Part shown: positions 38,601-47,992 of the stretch, one piece after another
How positions within the stretch are numbered: position 1 is the stretch's first letter
Layout of the letters: the number at the start of each line of letters is the position of its first letter
Assembly (NCBI GenBank): GCA_038213805.1
Contig: JBBQSO010000016.1
Location: forward strand, 1-64,000
Length of the DNA: 64,000 nt
Direction of reading: 5' to 3'
Source of the DNA: Planctomycetota bacterium
GTDB taxonomy: Bacteria; Planctomycetota; UBA11346
Program-made: the position numbers and the translations under genes
Notes under the pieces: generated by a model
Databases searched by the model: none
What the model was told of the DNA's origin: nothing
What the model saw: the letters and a program-made list of their open reading frames with translations, nothing else

Positions 38601-41098
38601 GGCAGGAGTTCATCAGCTATTCGGGCATGACCGTGGCAGCGGATCGCGCTACGCTCCACCACTGCCTGCGCGCGCGCCGGCAGAACACCGATGGCGACGG
38701 CATGGGTGGGGCGCCCCTGACCGATCCGTGGCCGGTGACGCAAGCGCACGCGGTCGGCGATCTGGTTGTGCCGGGGGGGTACCGCATCTCACCACCTGCA
38801 GGTCCGCCGCGGCAGCTGTATCGTGGGGGATGCGCACTGTCGGTGGGGACACTAGCCAAGAACAGCACGGCGACGCCGCCGATCCCTTTCCCACAGGGAC
38901 CCGCTGCGTCGAATTACCAGCTATTGGCGCAAGTTGACGGTGCAGCCAACGATACCGTTGTCTCGCTTGTGGCACCGACAGCGACGCTGACTGCCCGGGG
39001 ATCGCAACTGCCCAACTGGCCGGGGCGTGGGGTGATTTGGGTAGACGCGACGAATGGCAACCCGCAGTACCTGTTCTACAACGCGCTGACACTGTCGGGC
39101 GACGGGACCAGCGGGGTGTTCAGCGGCCTGCACCGCTTGGCGATTGGCGGCACTCCGGCGGGCACGCCGGCCCAGCCATTTGCCCTCTCGAACATCAATG
39201 CCTTCACCATCCTGCTGGTCAGTCTGGAGGTGACCGGCGACCCGACCGAGGCCGGCCGATACAAGCCCAACGGCGAGTGTCTCTTCCAACTCTACGATCC
39301 CGCGGGCGATGGGCGCGCCGAGTGGATCACCTACACCGACACGGTGTTCATCACGCCGGACCTGCTCGATCCGTCGGTGCCAGCACCCGCCACTGGCGTC
39401 GGCTTCTTCATCGATCGCTACAACGGCTTCAAATACGACGTCACCAATCCGACCGCCACCACCTCCAGCCGCGGTCGCGAACGAACCCGCAACCCCGATT
39501 CGGCGCAGCCGCCACTGCCGACCGATTTCGCGGCTGGCACCCTGGTCCTGCCGGTCCAGACCGAAATCAACACGGCCGGCTCCTTGATCACCACCGGCGA
39601 CATCCTCACCATCGCTCCACGCCAACCGACGCCCGCAAGCAAGCCGCTTCAAGTATGCGTGCGCTACGCGCCGGCCGATGGCTTCTCGGGCACGGCCGAC
39701 AGCGTCGTCGACACCCACAACCACTACTTCGCCTTCACCACAACCCTGCCCGACGGCAACACCTGGAACTGCAACACCACCGCCACGGCATTCGACCTGC
39801 TCTGCTGGCCCTGCTGGAACTCCGAACTGGATCTCAGCCCGTACCTGCCGGTCGGCGGCGACAACACCCTGCTGCCGTTGACCCAGATGCCGTGGGCGAA
39901 GAGCCTGCAGACCGGTTTCGCCACGCCCGGCGACGCGCGCGTCTACTTCGGCGTCCTCGACGACCGCGCCTATCCGACCGATGCGCAGTTCCCCGGGCTG
40001 ATCGACATGCCGCAGTCCGGGCCCATGCCCCCGATCCGCATGCTGACCTCGACCAGCGTACCCGGAACCATCTGGCTGACAAAGACCGACAGCATTTCGC
40101 AACTCAATGGCATCAAAATCAACTACCCCAATGCCACATTCCCGCAGAAGCATGGGCTGGTGATGATTGGCGACGAAGTCTTCGCTTTCGAGCGCATTGA
40201 CAATCCCCCGGTGGCAATTCCACCCGCGACGCAAGATCTACCGCAAATGACAGCCAAACTCATCGGCCGCTCCCTGCTCGGCAGCAAAGCCGTCGACCAC
40301 AGTCTTTACGAAAAGATGGTCTTCCTGCCCATCGGTCCGGTCACGGAACTTGCCACCCCCATGCCGATCGGCGCAACCGGCCACGTCACCTTCCGCCTGA
40401 ACGACCGCATCGACGCGCCCGCCTTTCTGATCTGCAGCCCGGATGGCCAGGAGATGGAACTGGTCGCACTGCCGCAAATGGTTACGGCGCCGTGGCTGCG
40501 CGGGATGTACGGGACCATGCCGCACAACTGGCCGACCTCGGCCGGGACACCGCTGGTGATCGCCTGGTGGCCCCGCTATCCGAGCGCCTTCCCGCATCCG
40601 ACGGGGCTGACAGCGCTCGGCCTTCTGCCAGACCTGCAGTCCAGCCTGCTCCGCTCCCGCTCCTACGCCTGGGCTTCGTTCCCGGTTCGCTTCCACGATA
40701 CCTACTTCATTGATGCGGACCCCTTCACCATCGACTTCCCGCCCCGGCCGCCGAATTCCAATGTGACCATCAGCTATGCTGCCATGAGCAATGGCATGGC
40801 CTGGGACTTCTCGACGTTCAAGAGTCCATACGCCGGCACGCCCAGCGCGAACACGATTCCCATATCGTCGGGACAATTATTCAGCGCCACACCCTTCACC
40901 AGCGGAGGACATCCGTCGCCCGTCGACGGCGCCGAGATCCGCGTGATCTGGCAATACGCGACGCCCCCTTACATCGGCACCGACGCAGTCGCATTCCTTG
41001 AACAGGCCGCTGCCAACGCCAATCAAGCGCCAATGTTCGGTTCGGCCAAGGTCGTCGTGCGCGCGCCGAGCAAGGTCCTGGCGGTCGTGCCACCGTGA
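35606..41098 (+). CDS. Giant (1830 aa) GspK/PilX-like minor pseudopilin/adhesin with LamG-like domain
   Basis: RSG|AALIIALVILAAL (no Glu5), IEDEGGKLDPN, AVNIHEA; FAIWIKP/WHLVQ/LMVDG LamG-like motifs; ATGA coupling to the upstream gene. Confidence 0.75.
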   Translation: MIPARRSPRSGAALIIALVILAALMLLGLPFIFSQSGALAGTRSFARGQTAQVGMGAAENSGIGLAGNASARHLLAGVSVGLTKDQEWSRIDWDLDTLYAAGVGSVNPIRWSYFDGRRYQIDWLSTPLASAAPLPDQLRRDLLGLTIEDEGGKLDPNHLDAAGWQRLLAAPTVGIADPNDPADHDTYGQLAKALANLRFTLPGGRITDLDQLLAAVPSGTGRQHLTKAELAHVRPHLTLSSLAQARAGLIDLGTVVLVDAPPLTATVVPYLDSVAPSKQLAFPVTPDLIGAGTVLVSQVGTATAQPSRLTSGDLASNITVTAPNTVVLTPLAANAALAIEAPPAVNIHEATTTTLATLRLVPISMPALTMPLPAMALDTVGTLHSVIAQVDARAGTGPQLSAFDLLDPLADYDEITTGTLSQSTIGDGVTPANDTDGTPLVVQGAIYLHVQGADFARVPRTGYARVHGTYAGSHLPAIGGNPATPAQTGPDEFISYSLSPTTAAATDLTDVSIVALRPGVAAVSTNFRVEPGNPPVITFISPHEQAPVAIASAGVVTIDSSATVTDAQGKPDAKRGRRIVAQAVPQEAPLETRWTTQSQIQALLASRQGSLMTSFPVAVQRVTDLTTSDVAIAPTGELQTSVGPPVVGEDQLTGLKPAILPAPHGSQLDLLWSRTFAGTTNNPSVNAFWQNGLSPGLPAKNPLQTLDHVMSPEGLRMGIGDSALAYPNPLGTNGFIPFGNEPSSGSVSTVAPFHFAIWIKPTIPLSGVVTVFDLRMPAASAGLPLFVAPFDAPVADFPSRPSIDVQNRVSLRYLADLKQFSLLVNNGAIEHTTDHGPKILADDFTEPFYDPQSGPTSASADAQALAPGRGNQTIKLRYAMGANGLQPNVWHLVQGVICGNLPGGMALMVDGVVGREAILESPVDLSAMGDHITLPSMRLLTALPLKTTAAVQSNAKNALLAGDIDLDACTSALTPSGGLDHGGAAVHDLLPARGMIRIGQEFISYSGMTVAADRATLHHCLRARRQNTDGDGMGGAPLTDPWPVTQAHAVGDLVVPGGYRISPPAGPPRQLYRGGCALSVGTLAKNSTATPPIPFPQGPAASNYQLLAQVDGAANDTVVSLVAPTATLTARGSQLPNWPGRGVIWVDATNGNPQYLFYNALTLSGDGTSGVFSGLHRLAIGGTPAGTPAQPFALSNINAFTILLVSLEVTGDPTEAGRYKPNGECLFQLYDPAGDGRAEWITYTDTVFITPDLLDPSVPAPATGVGFFIDRYNGFKYDVTNPTATTSSRGRERTRNPDSAQPPLPTDFAAGTLVLPVQTEINTAGSLITTGDILTIAPRQPTPASKPLQVCVRYAPADGFSGTADSVVDTHNHYFAFTTTLPDGNTWNCNTTATAFDLLCWPCWNSELDLSPYLPVGGDNTLLPLTQMPWAKSLQTGFATPGDARVYFGVLDDRAYPTDAQFPGLIDMPQSGPMPPIRMLTSTSVPGTIWLTKTDSISQLNGIKINYPNATFPQKHGLVMIGDEVFAFERIDNPPVAIPPATQDLPQMTAKLIGRSLLGSKAVDHSLYEKMVFLPIGPVTELATPMPIGATGHVTFRLNDRIDAPAFLICSPDGQEMELVALPQMVTAPWLRGMYGTMPHNWPTSAGTPLVIAWWPRYPSAFPHPTGLTALGLLPDLQSSLLRSRSYAWASFPVRFHDTYFIDADPFTIDFPPRPPNSNVTISYAAMSNGMAWDFSTFKSPYAGTPSANTIPISSGQLFSATPFTSGGHPSPVDGAEIRVIWQYATPPYIGTDAVAFLEQAAANANQAPMFGSAKVVVRAPSKVLAVVPP

Positions 41099-41358
41099 CC
41101 CCTACACGCGGGACGTCGTCGTTATTGCAGGGTGCAAGCGCTGATTGACGCAACATTTGCCGAGCCCGGACCCACGCAGTATACTTACGCGCTCGCATTG
41201 CCACCCGTCCTGGATCCCGTGATGTCCACCCACCTCGTCCGCGCTGCCAATGTCACCTCCAGAAATCTGCGCTACGACCACGGCGCGGCCTCGCCAACCA
41301 CCCAGATCGCTCACCCAACGCACGAGCGGATGAGCGCGCCGATGCGGAGCGCGGCATC

Positions 41359-41709
41359 ATGAGCATGCGCAATGAAGCCCGCCAAGCGCGGCGCGAAATC
41401 GAATCCAACCCCATGGCCCAGGTCAAGGCGCGGAACGCCGTCGCGAAAGTCGATGATCTGCAGCGCGGGCTCGTCCTGCTCACCCACCGCGTCAAAGTCA
41501 TGGAGGCACTCCTCGCCCAGGCGGTTGGGCTGCCGCCAGAGAAGCTGCAGGAGATCCTCGACCAGGGCGTGCGCGAGCTCTCCCGCACCAAGACCATCGA
41601 CGAACTGGCCAAGGAGACCGTCACCTGCCCCGGGTGCAGCAGGAACGTCCACCGCAGCCTCAAGCATTGCCAGGTGTGCGGCGCGGCGGTATCCGGGACC
41701 CCCGCCTGA
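41359..41709 (+). CDS. Small coiled-coil plus C-terminal zinc-ribbon protein
   Basis: CPGC...CQVCG; strong GC3 codon bias. Confidence 0.75.
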   Translation: MSMRNEARQARREIESNPMAQVKARNAVAKVDDLQRGLVLLTHRVKVMEALLAQAVGLPPEKLQEILDQGVRELSRTKTIDELAKETVTCPGCSRNVHRSLKHCQVCGAAVSGTPA

Positions 41710-41769
41710 GTGCAGGTCATGTGGCGAAACAGGTCGACTTGGAGTCGGAACACGATCCGCTCATGACGC

Positions 41770-42207
41770 ATGTCCGCTGAAACCCCATCCACTTACTTCG
41801 TGCAGCTGTGGGCAGCCCGCATCCCCGGCATCCTCGCGTTTGCCGAACACTATTGGCTGGAGATCCGCGACGGGTCCGGAGACGAGCGCTGGGAGGTCTG
41901 GCAGCGCCCGGATGCCGGTGGCGTCAGCTGGGGTCACCTGCACCGTGACCTGCTGCCGCTTGAAAGCGGCGTCGGCAACGGACCGGGTCGCCTGGTGGCG
42001 CAGTGGGACGGAGACGTTGCGATCAGACTGCGCTCCATCATCACTGCCTCGCCGACCACCTACCCGTGGGCCGACCGTTACCGGCTGTGGCCCGGCCCCA
42101 ACAGCAACACCTACGTGCAGTGGGTGCTCGGGCGCGATCACATGCTGGGCTGGCGCGGCTTCGGCAAGCGATACGCGTTCAAAAGACCAGGTCGGGCCCG
42201 TTCCTGA
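41770..42207 (+). CDS. DUF3750-like protein
   Basis: AEHYW, RWEVW and YRLWPGPNSNTYV motifs. Confidence 0.75.
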   Translation: MSAETPSTYFVQLWAARIPGILAFAEHYWLEIRDGSGDERWEVWQRPDAGGVSWGHLHRDLLPLESGVGNGPGRLVAQWDGDVAIRLRSIITASPTTYPWADRYRLWPGPNSNTYVQWVLGRDHMLGWRGFGKRYAFKRPGRARS

Positions 42208-42367
42208 TCGCAGCTGCGACAGGAAAATGGACAGATCATCGACATCACAGGCGCGAACGGGCCACAGCCAGACTGCCTCTCCTGCCGGCGGTGATTGCAA
42301 CCAGACAGCGCACCATCTGACTGCACTCGAATTGGCCCTTTTCCCATGCCGGTCCGACGTAACCTGA

Positions 42368-42790
42368 TTGCTCATCGGCATGACCCGTGCACTCACATTT
42401 CCTTGCCGCACGGCCTGCTTTTTCGCCGGGCTGCTCATGGCTGTCTTTTCGCCATGCTGCCCTGGCGAGGAAGACCCTTGCACGCGCATCAGGATCAAGG
42501 CGGATGTCATGTCCAAGTCGCACCCGCCGAATGGTGATGCGGTGGTGTGGTTCGAGTGCGACCGGTACGACGTTCCAGGCGACAATGGCACATGGATCGT
42601 GAGCGTCGAGCACGATGGACAGGTCATGAAGACCATCCCCATCTGCGTCGCCGATGGTTTGACCGGCATCGCACAGATGGCCGGCGGGCTGGATTCCGCG
42701 CTGGCGGAACTTCCGGTCGGGATCTACACGCTCCAGGCTGGAAAAGGCACCGCGTTGAGCCGCCCCAAGACCATCCGCATCGCTGAATGA
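42368..42790 (+). CDS. Hypothetical exported protein
   Basis: Hydrophobic N-terminus with Cys; fills the gap before a convergent gene; start uncertain. Confidence 0.45.
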   Translation: MLIGMTRALTFPCRTACFFAGLLMAVFSPCCPGEEDPCTRIRIKADVMSKSHPPNGDAVVWFECDRYDVPGDNGTWIVSVEHDGQVMKTIPICVADGLTGIAQMAGGLDSALAELPVGIYTLQAGKGTALSRPKTIRIAE

Positions 42791-42817
42791 TCATCCGCAG
42801 GGCCGTCGGGCTGCGCC

Positions 42818-43630
42818 TCACTCCACCGCATCGCACCCCCGCCACGACCGCCCCGGCACAAGCCGCTGCAGCCTGCCTGTATCGATCCAGCGCGCCGGCG
42901 TCGGCGCACCATCGCCGACCAGTGTCGCCGTGACCCCAGCCAGACGCGCCTGCAATTCGTAGTATCCGCGCACCGTCATGCGCCCCGGCGCCGCGGCATT
43001 GAGCACGCCGCGCCCGAGCCCGCCCTCGAGCGCGAGCACGCACAGTTCGGCGAGGTCATCCTCGTGCAACCAGCTGAACGGCCGCTCCACATCCCCCTTC
43101 ACCACGCACGCCTCGCCGGCCGCAGCCGCGGCCGCCACGCGCCCGCGCGCGTGCGTGCGCGTCGGGCCGACCAGGGCGGTGGCGCGCAGCACCAGTGAGT
43201 CGGCCTGGGCGAGCACCGTTTCTTCGATGGCGAGCAGGGCAGCGGTCGACGGGTCGCCGCGATCGACCGCACCGTCCTCATCGACGCCTCCGCCCGCCGC
43301 GTCCGCGTAGACCGAGGTGGTGCCGGTGTACACCAGGCGCGCCGCGGGGTGGTGCGCGGTCACCGCCTGCGCGGCCTGGACCAGGCCGTTATCGCCACCG
43401 CGGCGCACCCCGGGATTGGCGGACAGCAGCACCGCATCGACGCGCGGCAGCGCGCTGGCCAAGGCGACGTGCAGGGTGGGATCGGAGATGTCGCCCGAGA
43501 CCACGGTGAAGGTGGCGGTCGACTGCGGATGGGGGCGACGACGCACGCCCAGCACGGTGTGTCCAGCCGCCGTCAGCAGGTCGCCGGCGCGCGCGCCGAT
43601 CTCGCCGCAGCCCAGGATCAGGATGTTCAT
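42818..43630 (-). CDS. NAD(P)-dependent epimerase/dehydratase-like (atypical SDR)
   Basis: ILILGCGEIG Rossmann motif, YTGTTSVY, WLHEDDLA. Confidence 0.85.
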   Translation of the reverse strand: MNILILGCGEIGARAGDLLTAAGHTVLGVRRRPHPQSTATFTVVSGDISDPTLHVALASALPRVDAVLLSANPGVRRGGDNGLVQAAQAVTAHHPAARLVYTGTTSVYADAAGGGVDEDGAVDRGDPSTAALLAIEETVLAQADSLVLRATALVGPTRTHARGRVAAAAAAGEACVVKGDVERPFSWLHEDDLAELCVLALEGGLGRGVLNAAAPGRMTVRGYYELQARLAGVTATLVGDGAPTPARWIDTGRLQRLVPGRSWRGCDAVE

Positions 43631-44589
43631 ACCGTGCTCTCGTCGTGGTGGGCGGCGCCGGCGCCCGCGGTCAAGAGATCATGCGCGGCATCGCGCCGCC
43701 GCTTCTCGCGCTTCAACTCGGCGATGATCACCGCGCTGACGATCACCAGCAGCCACCAGGAGGTCAGTTTCTGGAAGTAGACCGGCGCCCAGCCGTGGTG
43801 CTGGTTGGGATAGCGCCAGGCGCCAAGGAAGGTCGAGATGTTCTCGGCGAACCAGATGAACAGGCCGACCAGCAGGAAGCCGCTGGTCACCGGCATCCAG
43901 CGCCGCGGGCCGTTGCAGACGAACGTCACGCGCGCGCGGCGGAAGACCACGGCCACCGCAAGGAACAGCAGCAGACGCTGGTCGGGCAGGAAGTGGTTCG
44001 CGAAGAAATTGCCATAGATGCCAAGCGCCAGGGCGACGCACAGCGGACGCGCCGGCCAGCCGGTGAAGACCAGCTGCAGGCGGCGCCACGCCTGGCAGAT
44101 GTAGCTGGCCACCGCCGCATACATGAAGCCGCCGAAGAGCGGCACACCGCCGACCTTGGTCCACGCCTCGCCCGGGTAGGACCACGAGCCGTAGTGGACC
44201 TTCCACAGCTCCAGCGCCAGACCAAGCAGGTGGAACACGCAGATGACCTTGAGTTCGTCGCGGCTTTCGATGCGCGCCGCGATCATCCAGGCCTGCATCC
44301 CCAGGCAGAGCAGCAGGAGCAGGTCGTAGCGGGGCAGCCCCGGCACTGCAAAATAGTGCGTGGCGCCGAGCATGGCGAAGATGAACACCGCGAAGAGGCA
44401 GGACAGCGCCTCGTGCCAGGCAAAGGCGAGCAGTTCGGTGGCGGCACGCAGCAGCAGCGGACGCCGCGCGTCGCGCCGCAGCAGCGGGGGCAGCCACGTG
44501 CCGGCTGCGTCTGGCGCCGGCATGGGCAGGGTCGCCGCGGCGGTGTCGTATGCGGGTTCCACAACCGGGCCCCCGTCGGCTTTCACCAC
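43627..44589 (-). CDS. DUF817 membrane protein (YoaT-like)
   Basis: RYD, ELKVICVFHLLGLALELWK, GSWSYP, GFMYAAVASY, WFAENISTFLGAWRYPNQ; start may be 44523. Confidence 0.88.
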   Translation of the reverse strand: MVKADGGPVVEPAYDTAAATLPMPAPDAAGTWLPPLLRRDARRPLLLRAATELLAFAWHEALSCLFAVFIFAMLGATHYFAVPGLPRYDLLLLLCLGMQAWMIAARIESRDELKVICVFHLLGLALELWKVHYGSWSYPGEAWTKVGGVPLFGGFMYAAVASYICQAWRRLQLVFTGWPARPLCVALALGIYGNFFANHFLPDQRLLLFLAVAVVFRRARVTFVCNGPRRWMPVTSGFLLVGLFIWFAENISTFLGAWRYPNQHHGWAPVYFQKLTSWWLLVIVSAVIIAELKREKRRRDAAHDLLTAGAGAAHHDESTV

Positions 44590-45917
44590 GCGCGCAGCTT
44601 TTCCATCACCTGCGCCGCCTTCGCCGCGTCGCCGCGCAGCACGTAGGTGTGGCGCAGGTCGATGGGCTTATTGAAACTGGCGAGCAGTTCCGAGTGGTTG
44701 GTGACCGCCTCGATGATCGGCCGGCCCAGCACGCGCCGCTCGCAGAGCAGGCGCCGGCCGCCGCCGGGAGTGGTTGGGGCGCTGCCCGCACCAGCCAGCG
44801 ACGAGAACACCTGGCGCGAGTGGCGGGTGAAGACGTGGCAACCGGCGGCGCGCAGCGCGCCGACCAACTCTTGGGCGAGGAAGTTCTCCTGGGCCTCGGC
44901 GCCGACGCGCTCGCGCAGCACCAGCTTGGCGGGCTCACGGTCGAGGATGCGGCGACTCCAGGGGCTGCCGGCGCTGCGCGCGGCGTGCAGGCGGCTGTGC
45001 ACGATGTCGTCGCGCAGCTCGACCAGGTCGGGCAGGCCGCGCGCCAGCGACAGGTCGATCTCCTGCTCGGCGATGGCGTGGCCCAGGTAGTACTCGAAAG
45101 CCGGTGGGGTCTTGTGGAAGTAGACCTGCAAAAACATGTGGTAGCGCGCCAGCAGCAGGCCCTCGAGCGCGTGCACACCGTGCACGTCGAGGCCAAGCTC
45201 GGGACCGTCGGGGCCGTCCAGCACGGTCTCGCAGGCGATCAGGCGTTGCAGGTCGTAGATGCCATAGGTGACGCCGGAAAAATGCGAGTCGCGCAGCAGG
45301 TAGTCGCAGCGGTCGGCGTCGATCTCGCCGCTGACCAGCGCGCGCAGGATGCCGACCAGGGTGCCGAGTCCGGCGAGGCGCTGGCTGCGGCGCACCTCCT
45401 TCGACAGTACCGCGGCGATGTCGCGGGCCAGGTCCTCGTCGAGCACGCCCTCGCCGACCAGGCCGTGGATGATCGCCAGCGAGCAGTCCTCGTGGGTGGC
45501 CTGGCGTCCTGCCGGCACCATGCCCTGGCGGTACCAGGCGGCGGGCAGGGCGAAGAGTTCGACCGCGGGCAGGAATTCCTCGGCGGTGTGGCTGAAGGGC
45601 GCATGGCCGGCGTCGTGCAACAGGCCGGCGAAGCGCGCGACGCGGTAGGCGTAGTTCAGGTCAGCCGCGGCGAAGCCGGCCAGCCCCTTGGGGCGCGCAG
45701 CGACCAGGCGGCTGAAGCGCTCGCCGGCCAGGTGCATGACGCCAAGCGAATGCTGGAAGCGGTCATGCACCGCGCCGGGATAGACCAGATTGACGAAGCC
45801 GAGCTGGCGGATGTGGCGCAAGCGCTGCACCCACGGATGGTCGAGCACGCGCCGCTCATCCTCGGTGATGATGATGGTGCGATGGATCGGATCGCGGATC
45901 TCGTAGGTGTCGGCCAT
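44583..45917 (-). CDS. HD-domain phosphohydrolase (dNTP triphosphohydrolase / SAMHD1-YwfO-like)
   Basis: IRDPIH, QRLRHIRQLG, HDRFQHSLG, LLHDAGHAPFSH, DADRCDYL and VYFHK motifs. Confidence 0.92.
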   Translation of the reverse strand: MADTYEIRDPIHRTIIITEDERRVLDHPWVQRLRHIRQLGFVNLVYPGAVHDRFQHSLGVMHLAGERFSRLVAARPKGLAGFAAADLNYAYRVARFAGLLHDAGHAPFSHTAEEFLPAVELFALPAAWYRQGMVPAGRQATHEDCSLAIIHGLVGEGVLDEDLARDIAAVLSKEVRRSQRLAGLGTLVGILRALVSGEIDADRCDYLLRDSHFSGVTYGIYDLQRLIACETVLDGPDGPELGLDVHGVHALEGLLLARYHMFLQVYFHKTPPAFEYYLGHAIAEQEIDLSLARGLPDLVELRDDIVHSRLHAARSAGSPWSRRILDREPAKLVLRERVGAEAQENFLAQELVGALRAAGCHVFTRHSRQVFSSLAGAGSAPTTPGGGRRLLCERRVLGRPIIEAVTNHSELLASFNKPIDLRHTYVLRGDAAKAAQVMEKLRAW

Positions 45918-46008
45918 GGCGCAGCGGCTCGGGAGTGTGCGCGGGCGGGGGGAAACTCACGCGCGTTTTATGGGTTCATGAGAACCTATGAGTGGTGGCG
46001 AGGGTGGC

Positions 46009-46121
46009 AATGGCTGATGGCTGATGGCTGATGGCTGACAGCCAAGGTGATCCTCGCGTAGGTAACGCTGCTGCATTGCTTCAACCAACGAGCTTGAGAG
46101 ACGATCCGTCAGCCGTCAGCC
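46009..46121. repeat. Inverted heptamer-repeat element: (TGGCTGA)x4 ... (CCGTCAG)x2
   Basis: Same unit as 20999-21234; both are preceded by GTGGCA. Confidence 0.85.
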
Positions 46122-46321
46122 TCCCGGCCCGCTCCCAATCCCGCCATTCCAACGCTCCGCCGCCAATTCCATTCATTATTTGCATCGACTATTTCCAACG
46201 CATGCACCGGGCAGCGTATAACAGGCAACCTCTGTTTGACTTCTCCATCGCTTCTTCACACCCTTTCCAACCGCCCTTCTTACGCGCCCAGCCGCGTCCC
46301 TCGTCCTTCCCAGGAATCCCC

Positions 46322-47920
46322 ATGGCACAGATCCTCGTCACCGACGGCATGGCTCCCGAAGGCCTCGAACTGCTCAAGCAGGCGGGCCACACTGTCGACA
46401 ACCGCAAGATCTCGGTCGATGAGCTGCTGCGCATCATCGGCACGTATGACGGCCTGGTGGTGCGTTCGGCGACGCAGGTCACCGACGCCGTGCTCAAGGC
46501 CGGTGCCCCGCGCCTGAAGATCGTCGGCCGCGCCGGCGTGGGCGTCGACAACGTCGACCTGCCCAATGCCACCGCCGGCGGCGTGATCGTGATGAACGCG
46601 CCCCTGGGCAACATCACTTCGGCCGCCGAGCACACCATCGGCCTGATCTTCGCCGCCGCGCGCTTCATCCCGCAGGCGCACGCCAAGCTCGCCAAGGGCG
46701 AGTGGGACAAGAAGTCGTTCACCGGCGTCGAGATCGAAGGCAAGGTCCTGGGCATCGTCGGCCTGGGCAAGATCGGCAAGCACGTCGCGCAGGTGCTGCA
46801 GGCCGCCGGCGCCGAGGTCATCGCCTTCGACCCGTTCCTGAGCCCCGAGGTGGCCAAGGAGCTGCGCATCGAGTCGGTGACCCTTGAGCAGCTGCTGGCG
46901 CGCGCCGACTTCATCACCCTGCACACGCCGCTGACCGACCAGACCCGCAACCTGATCAACGCCGATCGCCTCAAGCTGATGAAGAAGACCGCGCGCATCG
47001 TCAACGTCGCGCGCGGCGGCATCATCGATGAGGTCGCGCTGGCCGCTGCGCTCAAGGCCGGCACCATCGCCGGCGCCGCCATCGACGTGTTCGCCGAAGA
47101 GCCGCTGCCCGCCACCAGCCCCCTCATCGAACATACCAAGACCGGCGCGCAGAACCTGATTCTGACCCCGCACCTGGGCGCCAGCACGGAAGAGGCGCAG
47201 GTCAAAGTTTCGGTCGACATCGCCAACCAGTTCAACGCCTTCTTCCTGAGCGGGAAGATCATCAACGCCGTCAACGTGCAGCTGCGCGTCGACCCGGCGA
47301 TCGACGGCTACCTGGCCGCCGCCGAGGCGCTCGGTGCCGCAGTGGTGCAGACCCTCGACGAGCCGCTCAAGGGCCTGGAGGTGACCGCGCGCGGTGATCT
47401 CGCCAAGTACGACACCAAGCCCCTGGCCACGGCCGCGCTCAAGGGCGCGCTGGCCAAGATCAGCGCCGAGGTGGTCAACTTCGTCACCGTCGCCAAGATC
47501 GCCGCCGAGCGCGGCATCACCCTGGTCAGCGCGTCCAGCGAGCAGACCATGGGCGGCAAAGGCGGCCCGATCGAGCAGCTCACCATCAAGGCGATCACCG
47601 CCAAGGGCGAGCACCTGATCGGCGGCAGCCTGATCGGCGGCGTGCTGCGCGTGCTGCGCTATAACGAATACCCGATCGACCTGCCGATCGGCGGTCATCT
47701 GCTGGTCATGGAGTACCCGGACCGCCCGGGCATGGTCGGCAAGTACGGCAGCATCCTGGGCGAGAACCGCATCAACATCGCTCGCATGGAAGTCAGCCGC
47801 ATCGACGGCCGTGGCGACGCGCTGGTGATCCTGACCCTCGACGATCCGGTGCCGGTCGCCGTGCTGGAGCAAATCAAGCAGGTGGTGCGGCCGACGAAGG
47901 CGTACAAAGTTTCGCTGTGA
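46322..47920 (+). CDS. serA: D-3-phosphoglycerate dehydrogenase (type I, ASB + ACT domains)
   Basis: VVRSAT, GRAGVGVDN, GLGKIG, NVARGG, TPHLGASTEEAQ and DRPGMVG motifs. Confidence 0.96.
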   Translation: MAQILVTDGMAPEGLELLKQAGHTVDNRKISVDELLRIIGTYDGLVVRSATQVTDAVLKAGAPRLKIVGRAGVGVDNVDLPNATAGGVIVMNAPLGNITSAAEHTIGLIFAAARFIPQAHAKLAKGEWDKKSFTGVEIEGKVLGIVGLGKIGKHVAQVLQAAGAEVIAFDPFLSPEVAKELRIESVTLEQLLARADFITLHTPLTDQTRNLINADRLKLMKKTARIVNVARGGIIDEVALAAALKAGTIAGAAIDVFAEEPLPATSPLIEHTKTGAQNLILTPHLGASTEEAQVKVSVDIANQFNAFFLSGKIINAVNVQLRVDPAIDGYLAAAEALGAAVVQTLDEPLKGLEVTARGDLAKYDTKPLATAALKGALAKISAEVVNFVTVAKIAAERGITLVSASSEQTMGGKGGPIEQLTIKAITAKGEHLIGGSLIGGVLRVLRYNEYPIDLPIGGHLLVMEYPDRPGMVGKYGSILGENRINIARMEVSRIDGRGDALVILTLDDPVPVAVLEQIKQVVRPTKAYKVSL

Positions 47921-47992
47921 TGGGTGCGGGCGTTGGCTGAGGGCCATCCCAATGCCGATTTCCCTGCCGCGCCGCCCCCTGTAGGCAAGGCC

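Noticed and set aside
32882..42790. Integrative element or prophage at tRNA-Cys
   Set aside because: No integrase, no phage genes and no duplicated tRNA 3' end were seen.
44583..45917. Anti-phage dNTPase / defence island
   Set aside because: It resembles the common housekeeping HD family and has no defence genes nearby.
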